Below are positions 49,491 through 58,394 of a stretch of 64,000 bases of DNA, in pieces. The notes beneath the pieces were generated by a model that saw only the letters and a list, made by a program, of their open reading frames with translations, did no database searches and was not told where the DNA came from. The position numbers and the translations under genes are program-made. Every line of letters starts with the position of its first letter. Within the stretch, counting starts at the first letter, position 1. Origin of the DNA: Opitutia bacterium (GTDB taxonomy: Bacteria > Verrucomicrobiota > Verrucomicrobiia > Opitutales > Seribacteraceae); NCBI GenBank assembly GCA_018675995.1, contig JABGWZ010000065.1, forward strand, positions 783 to 64,782, written 5' to 3'.

Positions 49491-50567
49491 TCAGTCGATT
49501 AAATTCTCATTCTCCCGAATCGCTAAAATCCGAAATGGCAATTTCATTTTGGTATTCTGAGAGCTTCTGGGCTTTATTTCTTTTTTCCTACGAGAAGTAT
49601 TTGATTGTCCACCTGTTGAGCTTTCAGCAGCTAAAACCACATGTAATTTAAAATTCGCTTTTCCTTTCGACACATCAATCCTAATCCTGAAAACAGTTGC
49701 TGTAACCCCAGTGCTAATTGATCGTTTTTGCCTCAATTGCCTAAGGTTTTGATGATTCATGCTCTTAAAAAAGGGTTCACCACTAGAACTAGATGGACCA
49801 TCAAGCATTTCCTCAAATAGTCCCTCATCATCTCCGCATAAAAACCTGAGTAAAAAGGGAGAAGCTGTGTTGATGTTAACTGGTCCATCATGAAAAAAAG
49901 AAAAGCTATCACGGAAATTCTGCATTTGAATTTTTTCGCTTCCATCTTCGGCAAAAAAAAGTCCAGATTCCTCCGGATCTTCTTCATCGTATCCAAAGCC
50001 TTTAACCATTCTTAACTCCTCGAAGTTCTCGATTTTTTTGCCAGGCGTGAAATACGGAAATTTAAAATCCTCATAATAATCATCCTCAGCACCCTCATCT
50101 CTGTCATCATCATCTGCATCCTGCCAGTCCATCAGACTATCAAAAAAAGGCTGTCCATCATCATCGCTGACAAGAGAATCCTCATCCGCACTCATAACCG
50201 CAAATAAAGAAACTAAATCTTTTTCCTTGATAGAGCCCAATGAGACTTTACCCGTTTCATCAATAATCGAAATAGACAACTTAACGGTCGGATCAAGTAA
50301 ATCAATCTCTGAGTAAGCTAATGGATCACCCCAACCCTGTGACGGTGCAAACAAAGTCTTCTCAACCAATACAAACTCATTTAAAACACCCATTGCTAAA
50401 TCCAGTCCCGAGTATGCATGAATCCTCAAGTCATCTCTACGGTGGAATTGACTAACATGTCGTAATTCCTGAACAGTTTCCTCCATTAAGCGCATGCACA
50501 AAACGGAAAGCATTACGATCAAAACCAATATGAATACCAGTATGGAACCTTTCGTCTTATGGATCAC
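49491..50567 (-). CDS. gspK: T2SS minor pseudopilin K
   Basis: KG|SILVFILV prepilin-like site, IIDETGKV, DSLMDWQDAD, EELRMVKG, VNINTA. Confidence 0.9.
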   Translation of the reverse strand: MIHKTKGSILVFILVLIVMLSVLCMRLMEETVQELRHVSQFHRRDDLRIHAYSGLDLAMGVLNEFVLVEKTLFAPSQGWGDPLAYSEIDLLDPTVKLSISIIDETGKVSLGSIKEKDLVSLFAVMSADEDSLVSDDDGQPFFDSLMDWQDADDDDRDEGAEDDYYEDFKFPYFTPGKKIENFEELRMVKGFGYDEEDPEESGLFFAEDGSEKIQMQNFRDSFSFFHDGPVNINTASPFLLRFLCGDDEGLFEEMLDGPSSSSGEPFFKSMNHQNLRQLRQKRSISTGVTATVFRIRIDVSKGKANFKLHVVLAAESSTGGQSNTSRRKKEIKPRSSQNTKMKLPFRILAIRENENLID

Positions 50568-51280
50568 TAAAAAGGTTCCTCCTCAATGCCAGTAGGTGAA
50601 ATTCTTCGAATCGGCAATGTTATGGTTCTTTCCAAGTCTTCATCTTCCCAGGAAAATACTAATTTCATAAAATCTGGCGTACGATATTTTCCACTCCGAA
50701 TATCTTCTTCTAAATCGTCAACTATTTCCCATTCCTTAAGGTCATCATCACCTTCATTATCATCTCCATAATAGCAGTAGAAAACTTCTGTGCAAAATGA
50801 ACTTATTGATGTCTTAAATAATTCGTCTTCATCTTCAAGCTCCATGTTGCCCTCATCATTTTTTTCTAATTCCTGGAGTTCTGAATACCACAAAATACTC
50901 AATCCCTCCCCTTCGACAAATTGGAAGAAACAGTGCACCCGAGCTGCTGGTCCATTAGGCCAAACCAAAAGGGGCGGCCCCTCTCTTAAATAAAAATGAA
51001 TAAGTGGATCTTCAGATTCAGAGTAACCAATAGGTCTTTGTAAATCGATTGGTTGATCCCCAGATCGGCTGGAAGCAGGAAGGCTAGCCTCCTCAAGAAC
51101 AGCAGTAAGAAAGTGAGCGACACCGTTAATGTGGGCATCAAATGCGTCCCGCGTTGCAGGTCTTTCTGCCCATGCTCTGGAAATGGTAATCAATAAAGAT
51201 GTTGCAGTGGTGAGAACTAATCCCCCAATGGTCAAAGCGAGTAAAACTTCGACCATTGAAAATCCTTTCCTGGCTTTCAT
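50567..51280 (-). CDS. gspJ: T2SS minor pseudopilin (GspJ position)
   Basis: RKG|FSMVEVLLAL N-methylation motif and gene order. Confidence 0.75.
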   Translation of the reverse strand: MKARKGFSMVEVLLALTIGGLVLTTATSLLITISRAWAERPATRDAFDAHINGVAHFLTAVLEEASLPASSRSGDQPIDLQRPIGYSESEDPLIHFYLREGPPLLVWPNGPAARVHCFFQFVEGEGLSILWYSELQELEKNDEGNMELEDEDELFKTSISSFCTEVFYCYYGDDNEGDDDLKEWEIVDDLEEDIRSGKYRTPDFMKLVFSWEDEDLERTITLPIRRISPTGIEEEPF

Positions 51281-51771
51281 AAACTTCGCCTTTCTTCCTG
51301 AATCTCTCTAATTTTTTCTCTTTTATCCTCTAGCAACCTACTTCTTTCTGCAGAAAAATCTGCATAAAAACCCCAACTTGGGCGAAAAAGATACATTTGG
51401 GATGACCGCTCGCCGGATTGAATTCCAATTTCATCATTTCCATCATATTCAAGGATCAAGGAAACAATATATACATCCAAAACTTCACTCATCTCAATTT
51501 CTGTCTCCCATCTAACTTCCCCAAGAGATAATGATGTTAAATCACCACCGTCTTTAATTTTTTCATAATCTGAAATCTTCAAAATCTCACCTCTTATCCA
51601 AAGAAGGTCCTGCTCCATTTCTCTTGTGTCTTTCATTACCCGAATTGTCCGAGAGGCAATAAATGCACCATCAACCAAATAAACCGCTGAAAGTCCAAAC
51701 AAAGCAAGGGCTATTAAAACTTCAATGAGCATAAAGCCTAAATACCGATTATATCTTTTAGGAAAATTCAT
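51277..51771 (-). CDS. gspI: T2SS minor pseudopilin (GspI position)
   Basis: LG|FMLIEVLIALA motif and gene order. Confidence 0.75.
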   Translation of the reverse strand: MNFPKRYNRYLGFMLIEVLIALALFGLSAVYLVDGAFIASRTIRVMKDTREMEQDLLWIRGEILKISDYEKIKDGGDLTSLSLGEVRWETEIEMSEVLDVYIVSLILEYDGNDEIGIQSGERSSQMYLFRPSWGFYADFSAERSRLLEDKREKIREIQEERRSL

Positions 51772-52307
51772 TCTTCCTGCTTAAGCATATACCCCGAAAA
51801 GGGATCGAACTCTAAAAGTTGTATTTCATCTCTAAATTTAATCTCAGCGAAAAAAGGAATACTGCAACCGGAATGAAAAAATACCCTCTTTAGTAATAAA
51901 TCGTTTTTGCTGTATTTGGAACGCCCACCATCCTCACCTGCAAGTGGACCAACAGCATAGAAATTTACTTCTGGTAGGATAGAATCGTCATTACGCAAAA
52001 TTTCATTGAATTTTTTATAAACTTTGTGCTCGGCTAAAGCTTTACCGGAAGAATCAAGCACCAAGAAACTAGCATTTTCTTCAAAGTAAGATAAGTAACT
52101 AGCATCTTTGGTCTCACTTGCGTGATAAACCGCGTCAAGAACCGCTTTTTTTAAAACTCTATGTGGAGGCTCAAAATTACTCCCTGTAATGAAGGCACCT
52201 GTGTTTCCAGCCACAATGCCAACCAAAATTGCTACCAATGCCAATACCAATAAAACCTCAATTAAGCTGAAGCCCCTCTTTCGGTACGACAAAGGTACCG
52301 CACTCAA
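51768..52307 (-). CDS. gspH: T2SS minor pseudopilin (GspH position)
   Basis: KRG|FSLIEVLLVL motif. TTG 52307, just after the gspG stop, is preferred to 52334. Confidence 0.72.
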   Translation of the reverse strand: MSAVPLSYRKRGFSLIEVLLVLALVAILVGIVAGNTGAFITGSNFEPPHRVLKKAVLDAVYHASETKDASYLSYFEENASFLVLDSSGKALAEHKVYKKFNEILRNDDSILPEVNFYAVGPLAGEDGGRSKYSKNDLLLKRVFFHSGCSIPFFAEIKFRDEIQLLEFDPFSGYMLKQEE

Positions 52308-52308
52308 A

Positions 52309-52728
52309 CTATTTTCCGGTATCCCAATTTCCAATCACTGTTCCATCTGGTGCAGTGGTGGAAATATCAAAACTACCGGTATTCTGGGCACCGGGGTATA
52401 CGTAAACATATGGCTTACCCCATGGGTCTTCCAAATCTGAAGATCTCTTAACAAAAGGCGGGATTCCATTAGGTGGTGTCTTTAAGTCATTAATGCTCTT
52501 AGGGTACTCCCCAACCAATGCGAAATAACTTGTCACATACGCTTCTCCCGTACTGTTTACCCAAGTTTGGGCTGCCTTCACCTTCCCGCCTCCGAAAATT
52601 TCTCCGAGGTTGGACATGGCCAGCCCGGCAACGATTCCAATCAAAGCTAACACGATCAGAATTTCAACTAAAGTAAACCCTCGTACTCTGGATGTACGAC
52701 TTTTGATTGTTTTTGCAGCAGTTATCAT
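52309..52728 (-). CDS. gspG: T2SS major pseudopilin G
   Basis: RG|FTLVEILIVL, G.YP and DPWGKPYVYVYPG (T2SSG C-terminal motif). Confidence 0.92.
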   Translation of the reverse strand: MITAAKTIKSRTSRVRGFTLVEILIVLALIGIVAGLAMSNLGEIFGGGKVKAAQTWVNSTGEAYVTSYFALVGEYPKSINDLKTPPNGIPPFVKRSSDLEDPWGKPYVYVYPGAQNTGSFDISTTAPDGTVIGNWDTGK

Positions 52729-52734
52729 TTGAAC

Positions 52735-52764
52735 ACTATAGGCTATCTAAGAAGCCTTTGGCAA
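52735..52764 (-). promoter_or_regulatory. Putative promoter of the T2SS operon, leaderless
   Basis: TTGCCA-N18-TATAGT, then 6 nt to the gspG ATG. Confidence 0.55.
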
Positions 52765-52846
52765 GCCCGTTGAATTGAATTTCCAACTCCTCACAACCAT
52801 TTCGAATTTCCTTGCCAATAAATCAATTTCATAACATGCATTAAGC

Positions 52847-53221
52847 ATGACTTTAGTAGATTATTTACCCGTACTAATCCAAATTTTACTGGCTGTTGGA
52901 ATGGGTTTTGGAATTCTATTCGCAAGCCATCTGTTTGGTCAGAAAGCGATCGCCGGTAAAATTAAAGATTCCCCATACGAATGTGGATTGGCAGCAGATA
53001 CAAAAGGGGAGACTCGATATTCGGTCAAATTTTACATCACTGCCATGCTTTTTATATTGTTCGATATTGATGTTGTATTTCTTATACCCTGGGTACTTAC
53101 TCATCGCGACCTTGTAGCGGCCGGCATACCTATCCTTGGGCCGATGCTTTTCTTCACATTCATTCTGGTTGCAGGCTTAGTATACGAATTGAAAAGTGGC
53201 GCACTTGAGTGGGAAAAGTAA
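52847..53221 (+). CDS. nuoA: NADH-quinone oxidoreductase subunit A
   Basis: PYECG, YSVKFYITAMLFILFDIDVVFLIPW, GALEW. Confidence 0.94.
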   Translation: MTLVDYLPVLIQILLAVGMGFGILFASHLFGQKAIAGKIKDSPYECGLAADTKGETRYSVKFYITAMLFILFDIDVVFLIPWVLTHRDLVAAGIPILGPMLFFTFILVAGLVYELKSGALEWEK

Positions 53222-53281
53222 GCAAATTTAAAGACACACGACTTTCGGGCACTTCGCTCGAACACTAAATTGAGCTGAAAA

Positions 53282-54637
53282 ATGCACATTGACCGTTATA
53301 TTTCAGCAAATCGTATCATTGATATATCGAGTAACGACTTAGTTTCCGCTTACACCGAATTACTTGAAACCTTTTCAACACTGCTGCCAACTCCGGCGAA
53401 GAAAAAAAAGGTTCTTAATGAACTGGTAAGCAGAGAAAAATCCCTAACCTCCTACCTGGGTGAAGGCGTTGCCCTGCCCCATGCCCGTGTCCCCATGAAG
53501 CGCCCCTACGCTTTGGCAATTGGCAGATGCCCAACCGGACTTTCCTTCCTTGGTAAAGATAGTTATGAAGATGTGCGCTTCGTCTTCCTACTTCTTGCCA
53601 ATGAAAAAGCGAAGAATTACCTATCTTTCTTAGCCGCCCTTGCTCGATCCTTTCAGGATAGCTCGGTCATGGATCAGCTTTGGATGGCAAGAGGGAAAAG
53701 CGAATTCCGATCTGCAGTCCGAAGCGCCTTTGCAGGAACCGACGATAGACCTGCCCGTCGAAGAACTAAGTTTAACAAACTCCTGACTGATGAAGCAGCT
53801 AAAATTGCCAAGGCTGCTGAATGCTCAACCATCCTGGTATTTACTGATGTTTTCCCCCCAAGCCTTGCCCCAAGAATGACTTTCTCCGGTTTTAATGTCG
53901 TGCTTGCCGGTCAGGATCTTACGGATGATGACAAAGAACATCATCGAGCTGATGCCACTTTGGCCGTCCGTGCACTTTCTCGGGCCCGCCTCTCTCAATT
54001 AAGGGCTGCAATTCTTCTTGGACTTACAAGAGATATTTTTGGATTTCAGGACCGAGTGTGCTGTATTGGGGGAATCCCTGGCAGTGGTCAGCTGGACACT
54101 GTACTGGTTGTGGATGTTGATGAGGAATTTGAATCAGTAATCGGCCAAGGAGAGGATATGTTACCCCCCGATGTTTCCGCGGAGGCACTTGAAAGAATTA
54201 CCGCTATCGCAACTGACCTCGCTGCGGAAGGAAGGGAAGGGAAATCCATCGGTGCCATGTTTATTTTGGGTGATCACGAAGAGGTGAGCAAGCGATCCAA
54301 ACCGCTTATTCTTAATCCTTTCTTTGGGTACGATGAAGAAGACAGATCCATCCTTAACCCCTTTATGGATGAGACAATAAAGGAACTCGCTTTAATTGAC
54401 GGTGCCTTCGTATTACGAGGAAACGGAGTGGTTGAGTCCGCCGGTTGCCTCATACAGGCAAAATCAGAAGATATTATTTTGCCGGGTGGGCTTGGAACCC
54501 GACATGCTGCAGCTGCTGCTATTACTCATGTAACCGACTCTCTGGCCCTTGTTGTCTCCTCTTCTGGGCAAGTCACCTATTTTAGAAAAGGACAGATGTT
54601 TACCCTGTTTGATAAGTCAGAGGGTCGCACCTTATAA
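53282..54637 (+). CDS. PTS EIIA(Ntr-like) / pyruvate-kinase-C-like / diadenylate cyclase (CdaZ/DacZ-type) fusion
   Basis: EIIA: REKSLTSYLGEGVALPHAR. Middle: AAKIAKAAECSTILVFT...DRVCCIGGIPGSGQLDTVLV. DAC: EGREGKSIGAMF, IDGAF, GLGTRHAAAA. Confidence 0.85.
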   Translation: MHIDRYISANRIIDISSNDLVSAYTELLETFSTLLPTPAKKKKVLNELVSREKSLTSYLGEGVALPHARVPMKRPYALAIGRCPTGLSFLGKDSYEDVRFVFLLLANEKAKNYLSFLAALARSFQDSSVMDQLWMARGKSEFRSAVRSAFAGTDDRPARRRTKFNKLLTDEAAKIAKAAECSTILVFTDVFPPSLAPRMTFSGFNVVLAGQDLTDDDKEHHRADATLAVRALSRARLSQLRAAILLGLTRDIFGFQDRVCCIGGIPGSGQLDTVLVVDVDEEFESVIGQGEDMLPPDVSAEALERITAIATDLAAEGREGKSIGAMFILGDHEEVSKRSKPLILNPFFGYDEEDRSILNPFMDETIKELALIDGAFVLRGNGVVESAGCLIQAKSEDIILPGGLGTRHAAAAAITHVTDSLALVVSSSGQVTYFRKGQMFTLFDKSEGRTL

Positions 54638-54644
54638 TGACTAA

Positions 54645-55244
54645 ATGCCGATCTCGCAAAAATCACCACCAGCTAAAATCGGATTTTTTGGTGGATCCTT
54701 CGACCCGGTTCATATCGGACACCTCTCGATTGCAAGGCAGGCAATCGAAGACGCCAATCTTGACCTGCTCATCTTCTGCCCAGCTTACCATGCACCACTC
54801 AGGAAAAAACAACCACTATTGCCAGCTAGCCTTCGGTTCGATATGCTCAAAGTTATTGCCGCTGAAAATGATCGAATGGAAGTCTCCTCTTTGGAATTAG
54901 ATAAACAGAAAACCTGTTATACATACCATACAGTACAAGAAATTCAGAAACAATACCCAACAAGTAAGATTATGCTCATCCTTGGATCCGACCAGTTCAA
55001 CAGATTGTCGGAATGGAAATTCAGTAAGGAACTTGCTAAGCTTTGCCACTTTTTGGTCTTTTCTAGGACCACAACTCATATTCCTAGTCCGTTGACCCCC
55101 GATCTTTCCTATCAACACATAAAAAATAATTTAATTAATTGCTCATCAACAGAAATCAGAAACCGAATCCGAAACAACAAACCAGTTGATAAAATGATTC
55201 CAAATTCCATCCTAAATATTTTTCTACAATTCCTTTCAAGATAA
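54645..55244 (+). CDS. nadD: Nicotinate-nucleotide adenylyltransferase
   Basis: GFFGGSFDPVHIGH, ILGSDQ, CSSTEIR. Confidence 0.94.
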   Translation: MPISQKSPPAKIGFFGGSFDPVHIGHLSIARQAIEDANLDLLIFCPAYHAPLRKKQPLLPASLRFDMLKVIAAENDRMEVSSLELDKQKTCYTYHTVQEIQKQYPTSKIMLILGSDQFNRLSEWKFSKELAKLCHFLVFSRTTTHIPSPLTPDLSYQHIKNNLINCSSTEIRNRIRNNKPVDKMIPNSILNIFLQFLSR

Positions 55245-55257
55245 TCAATTTTAATTT

Positions 55258-55635
55258 ATGACATTTACTATCCCCAAAGAAAAAAAATTACTTTCTGCAA
55301 ACCTTAAAATTGCCTGTGAGGCACTGTCGGAGAAAAAAGGCGAGGATTTAAAACTTCTCTATTTTGGTGAGAAATCTTCCCTTACCGACTGTTTTATCAT
55401 TGCCACCGGAAATTCCAACCCACACCTCAAGGCACTGCGTGACAATGTGGAAAAAACACTAAAGGATAATGGGATTGAATTATTCTCCAAAGACCGATTT
55501 CAACCAAGTGGCTGGCTAGTGATCGACGCCATCGATTTCGTTGTCCACCTTTTTTCCCAAGAACAAAGAGAAAACTACGCCATCGAACAATTATGGAAAG
55601 ATGCAGAGCAAGTTTCTGTTGAAGACTTAGTTTAA
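55258..55635 (+). CDS. rsfS: Ribosome silencing factor
   Basis: EKKGED, DCFIIATG, WLVIDAIDFVVHLF, RENYAIEQLW. Confidence 0.94.
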   Translation: MTFTIPKEKKLLSANLKIACEALSEKKGEDLKLLYFGEKSSLTDCFIIATGNSNPHLKALRDNVEKTLKDNGIELFSKDRFQPSGWLVIDAIDFVVHLFSQEQRENYAIEQLWKDAEQVSVEDLV

Positions 55636-55730
55636 TCATTTCACTAATATTTGATTACTTACCTTGACGAGAGTTAAGGTTTTCTGTGCATTTGTTATTT
55701 TAGAGTAATTCCTATTTAAGAAATATTATT

Positions 55731-57014
55731 ATGAACAATCGAAGATCCTTCCTTAAAAAATCAGCACTTTTTTCCGCTCCTTTCATCCTGCCATCACATA
55801 TATGGGCCGCAAAAGGTGATTCTTCTCCAAATAACCGCATCAATATAGCGATTATTGGACCTGGTAAAATGGGCCGAGGGCATGCTAATTTTCTTGTACG
55901 TAATCCCCGTGCACAAATCACTGGTTTTGCCGAAATTGCGGATATTCGGACTAAGCACACCAAGGAATTAATCGAGAAGCATTATTCAAAAAATTTACCT
56001 GGAGAAAAGTGGAAGGGGTTGACCATCACCAATAATTACCTCGAACTGCTAGAAGATAAATCTCTCGATGCGGTTCTTATTGCCACACCCGATCATTGGC
56101 ACGGTGAAGCAACAATTCGTGCAGCCCGTGCAAAAAAACATGTCTATTGCGAAAAGCCAATATCTCTGACCATAAAAGAAGGTAGAGCCATGGCCAATGC
56201 GGTTAAGAAAAACAAAGTTGTGTTTCAAACCGGCAGCCAGCAGCGCACACAATACGGCGGAAAGTTTCGCCGAACAGTCGAGATGGTTCGCAGTGGTGCC
56301 ATTGGTGAACTTAAAAAAATTCGCGTCTGCGTTGGCAACCCGCCCATTCCTTGTGATCTTCCAACTGAGCCCATTCCAGCAGGAATAGACTGGGATGCTT
56401 GGCAAGGTCCGGCATCTGTTCGTGGTTACAACAAAATTCTTTGTCCTGATGATGTTCATAACCACTTCCCCGCTTGGAGAAGGTACCGTGAATACTGTAA
56501 TGGTGGACTCGCGGACATGGGCGCCCATCACTTCGATATTGGGCAATGGGCCATGGATGCCGACAATACCGGCCCCGTAAAAATCATTCCACCCAAGGAC
56601 GGTACCCGTGACCTCAAAATGATCTACGCCAATGGTGTCGAAGTCATTCACGGAAACACTCCTGATTGGCGTGGAGGTACCATTTTTTATGGAACAGAAG
56701 GAACTATTTGGGTAGACAGAGGTCCCTGGAAATCAGATCCCGAACATCTGATCAAAGACTACAAAACAACCGTAAGTCTTCGCCAACCCAAGAACCATCA
56801 CGATGATTGGCTCGACTGTATTCACTCTGGTGAATTGCCAATGGCTCATGTGGAAGCAGGCCATCGGACTGCCACATTATGCCAGCTTTGCAATATTGGA
56901 TACGAACTTAGACGCGAGCTTACTTGGGACCCAAAGAAAGAAATATTTAAGGGTGATAAAGAGGCCAATAAATTAACGGACCGTAAGCGTCGGAAAAAAT
57001 GGTATCGAGTATAA
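55731..57014 (+). CDS. Tat-exported Gfo/Idh/MocA oxidoreductase
   Basis: Tat signal NRRSFLK, AVLIATPDHWH, YCEKP, GSQQR, DMGAHHFD. Confidence 0.9.
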   Translation: MNNRRSFLKKSALFSAPFILPSHIWAAKGDSSPNNRINIAIIGPGKMGRGHANFLVRNPRAQITGFAEIADIRTKHTKELIEKHYSKNLPGEKWKGLTITNNYLELLEDKSLDAVLIATPDHWHGEATIRAARAKKHVYCEKPISLTIKEGRAMANAVKKNKVVFQTGSQQRTQYGGKFRRTVEMVRSGAIGELKKIRVCVGNPPIPCDLPTEPIPAGIDWDAWQGPASVRGYNKILCPDDVHNHFPAWRRYREYCNGGLADMGAHHFDIGQWAMDADNTGPVKIIPPKDGTRDLKMIYANGVEVIHGNTPDWRGGTIFYGTEGTIWVDRGPWKSDPEHLIKDYKTTVSLRQPKNHHDDWLDCIHSGELPMAHVEAGHRTATLCQLCNIGYELRRELTWDPKKEIFKGDKEANKLTDRKRRKKWYRV

Positions 57015-57024
57015 CTTCAAATTC

Positions 57025-58152
57025 TTAATCCTCTCTTAATTTTTTAATAATTGGGTTAAGCAAATACCAAGCAATTCCGCACATTACAAGTGAAGCTAAG
57101 CCCCATCCATTAGATAGGGCTTGCAGTCCAAAAAATCCGACTAATATTCCGCCCAAACCACGGCAACCCATGCTGACGATATTATCTTCATCGGCTTTGT
57201 GTTTTTGTGATGGTTTTTTATTTTTGGTACTAGTCGGTATGACAAACGACTTCCTGACCCTTTTACTGGCTAAGCTTAAAATTTCTTTTTCTTCTTCAGT
57301 AAGTGACGCTGCCCCTTCATCATACCGTTTATCCCTAATCCGTTCCAGTTCTAAATAATCAATTTCTTTAGCTTTTTTCTGAGCATTCAGACTGGGAAGA
57401 GGGGGAGGTTTTTCTATGGGTTCAGTCTTCTCATCTTCTTGATTTGAATTCGTGTCATCAACCTTGATCGGTTTACTATTCTCTATGACATTGACTTCAT
57501 TTTCATCCTTAAGTCCTAGACCATTCGTTCCATCAACCGCCAAGCCCTTCTCATCATGTATTTTATCTTTAATAGTAACCGTATTCTCAATTTCTTCATT
57601 AGAAAAACTAGATAGGCTCACCTCTTCTTCCACATTACCTAGAGAACTCTCACCATTAAATACAGCATCAGATGTATTCTCCGATTCAAGGTTTACATCT
57701 AGTTCAACAATTGATTGAGAAACTTTTTCGTCCTTAACCTCATCTGGTTGCTGTACTTGAAAATTGTCTTTCTTGTCGCCATCGAAAAATTTCCCAAAAA
57801 CTACTCTTTGGTACAAATTATCCAACTCAAGAACCACCACTTTTAAATCAAACTGATCATCCTTACTTAAACATTCAACCCAGTCGTTGTCTGACGGAGG
57901 AAAAAGAATCGTACATTCCACCCCGAATTCAGTAAACTGAGCAACCACGGTCTTTCCCTTCGCATAACGGTCGTCTAATCGACAGGAAAAAGTACTGCCT
58001 GCTTCCAAAAAAGTAAAAGTAAATTCAGAAACCACTCCGACAAAGGGCTTTAATATTGCATCAGACTCAGAACTTAGCCTCCTATTTTCTCTTAAATCCT
58101 TTAGTGTATCGAGTAATTCACCTTTATTCACATTGGGTAGAATCATACACAT
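57025..58152 (-). CDS. Hypothetical protein with acidic linker and C-terminal membrane anchor
   Basis: 375-aa ORF: beta-rich N-domain, long D/E-rich linker, and two hydrophobic segments at the C-terminus. Confidence 0.7.
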   Translation of the reverse strand: MCMILPNVNKGELLDTLKDLRENRRLSSESDAILKPFVGVVSEFTFTFLEAGSTFSCRLDDRYAKGKTVVAQFTEFGVECTILFPPSDNDWVECLSKDDQFDLKVVVLELDNLYQRVVFGKFFDGDKKDNFQVQQPDEVKDEKVSQSIVELDVNLESENTSDAVFNGESSLGNVEEEVSLSSFSNEEIENTVTIKDKIHDEKGLAVDGTNGLGLKDENEVNVIENSKPIKVDDTNSNQEDEKTEPIEKPPPLPSLNAQKKAKEIDYLELERIRDKRYDEGAASLTEEEKEILSLASKRVRKSFVIPTSTKNKKPSQKHKADEDNIVSMGCRGLGGILVGFFGLQALSNGWGLASLVMCGIAWYLLNPIIKKLRED

Positions 58153-58293
58153 AAAGATTACATTTGTACCATTATAAAATTTAAGGATTTAAGTAATGCT
58201 CTATTGCTGGGCTCAAAATTAAAAACAAATTGATAAGGATAAAACTCGGTTCTTGCCAAAAAGAAAAGTTGGCATCATGTTAAATAACCACTT

Positions 58294-58380
58294 GCCCGGA
58301 TGGCGGAATTGGTAGACGCGCTGGATTCAAAATCCAGTTTCCGCAAGGAAGTGAGGGTTCGACCCCCTCTCCGGGTACCA
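58294..58380 (+). tRNA. tRNA-Leu(CAA)
   Basis: Acceptor GCCCGGA/TCCGGGT, anticodon arm CTGGA-TTCAAAA-TCCAG, long variable arm, GAGGG-TTCGACC-CCCTC T arm, and encoded CCA. Confidence 0.97.
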
Positions 58381-58394
58381 TTCAAAACCATTTA

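Noticed and set aside
54637-54900. 87-aa ORF abutting the dac stop
   Set aside because: Out-of-frame overlap with nadD, which has clear motifs.
56049-56651. 200-aa antisense ORF
   Set aside because: Shadow of the Tat oxidoreductase.
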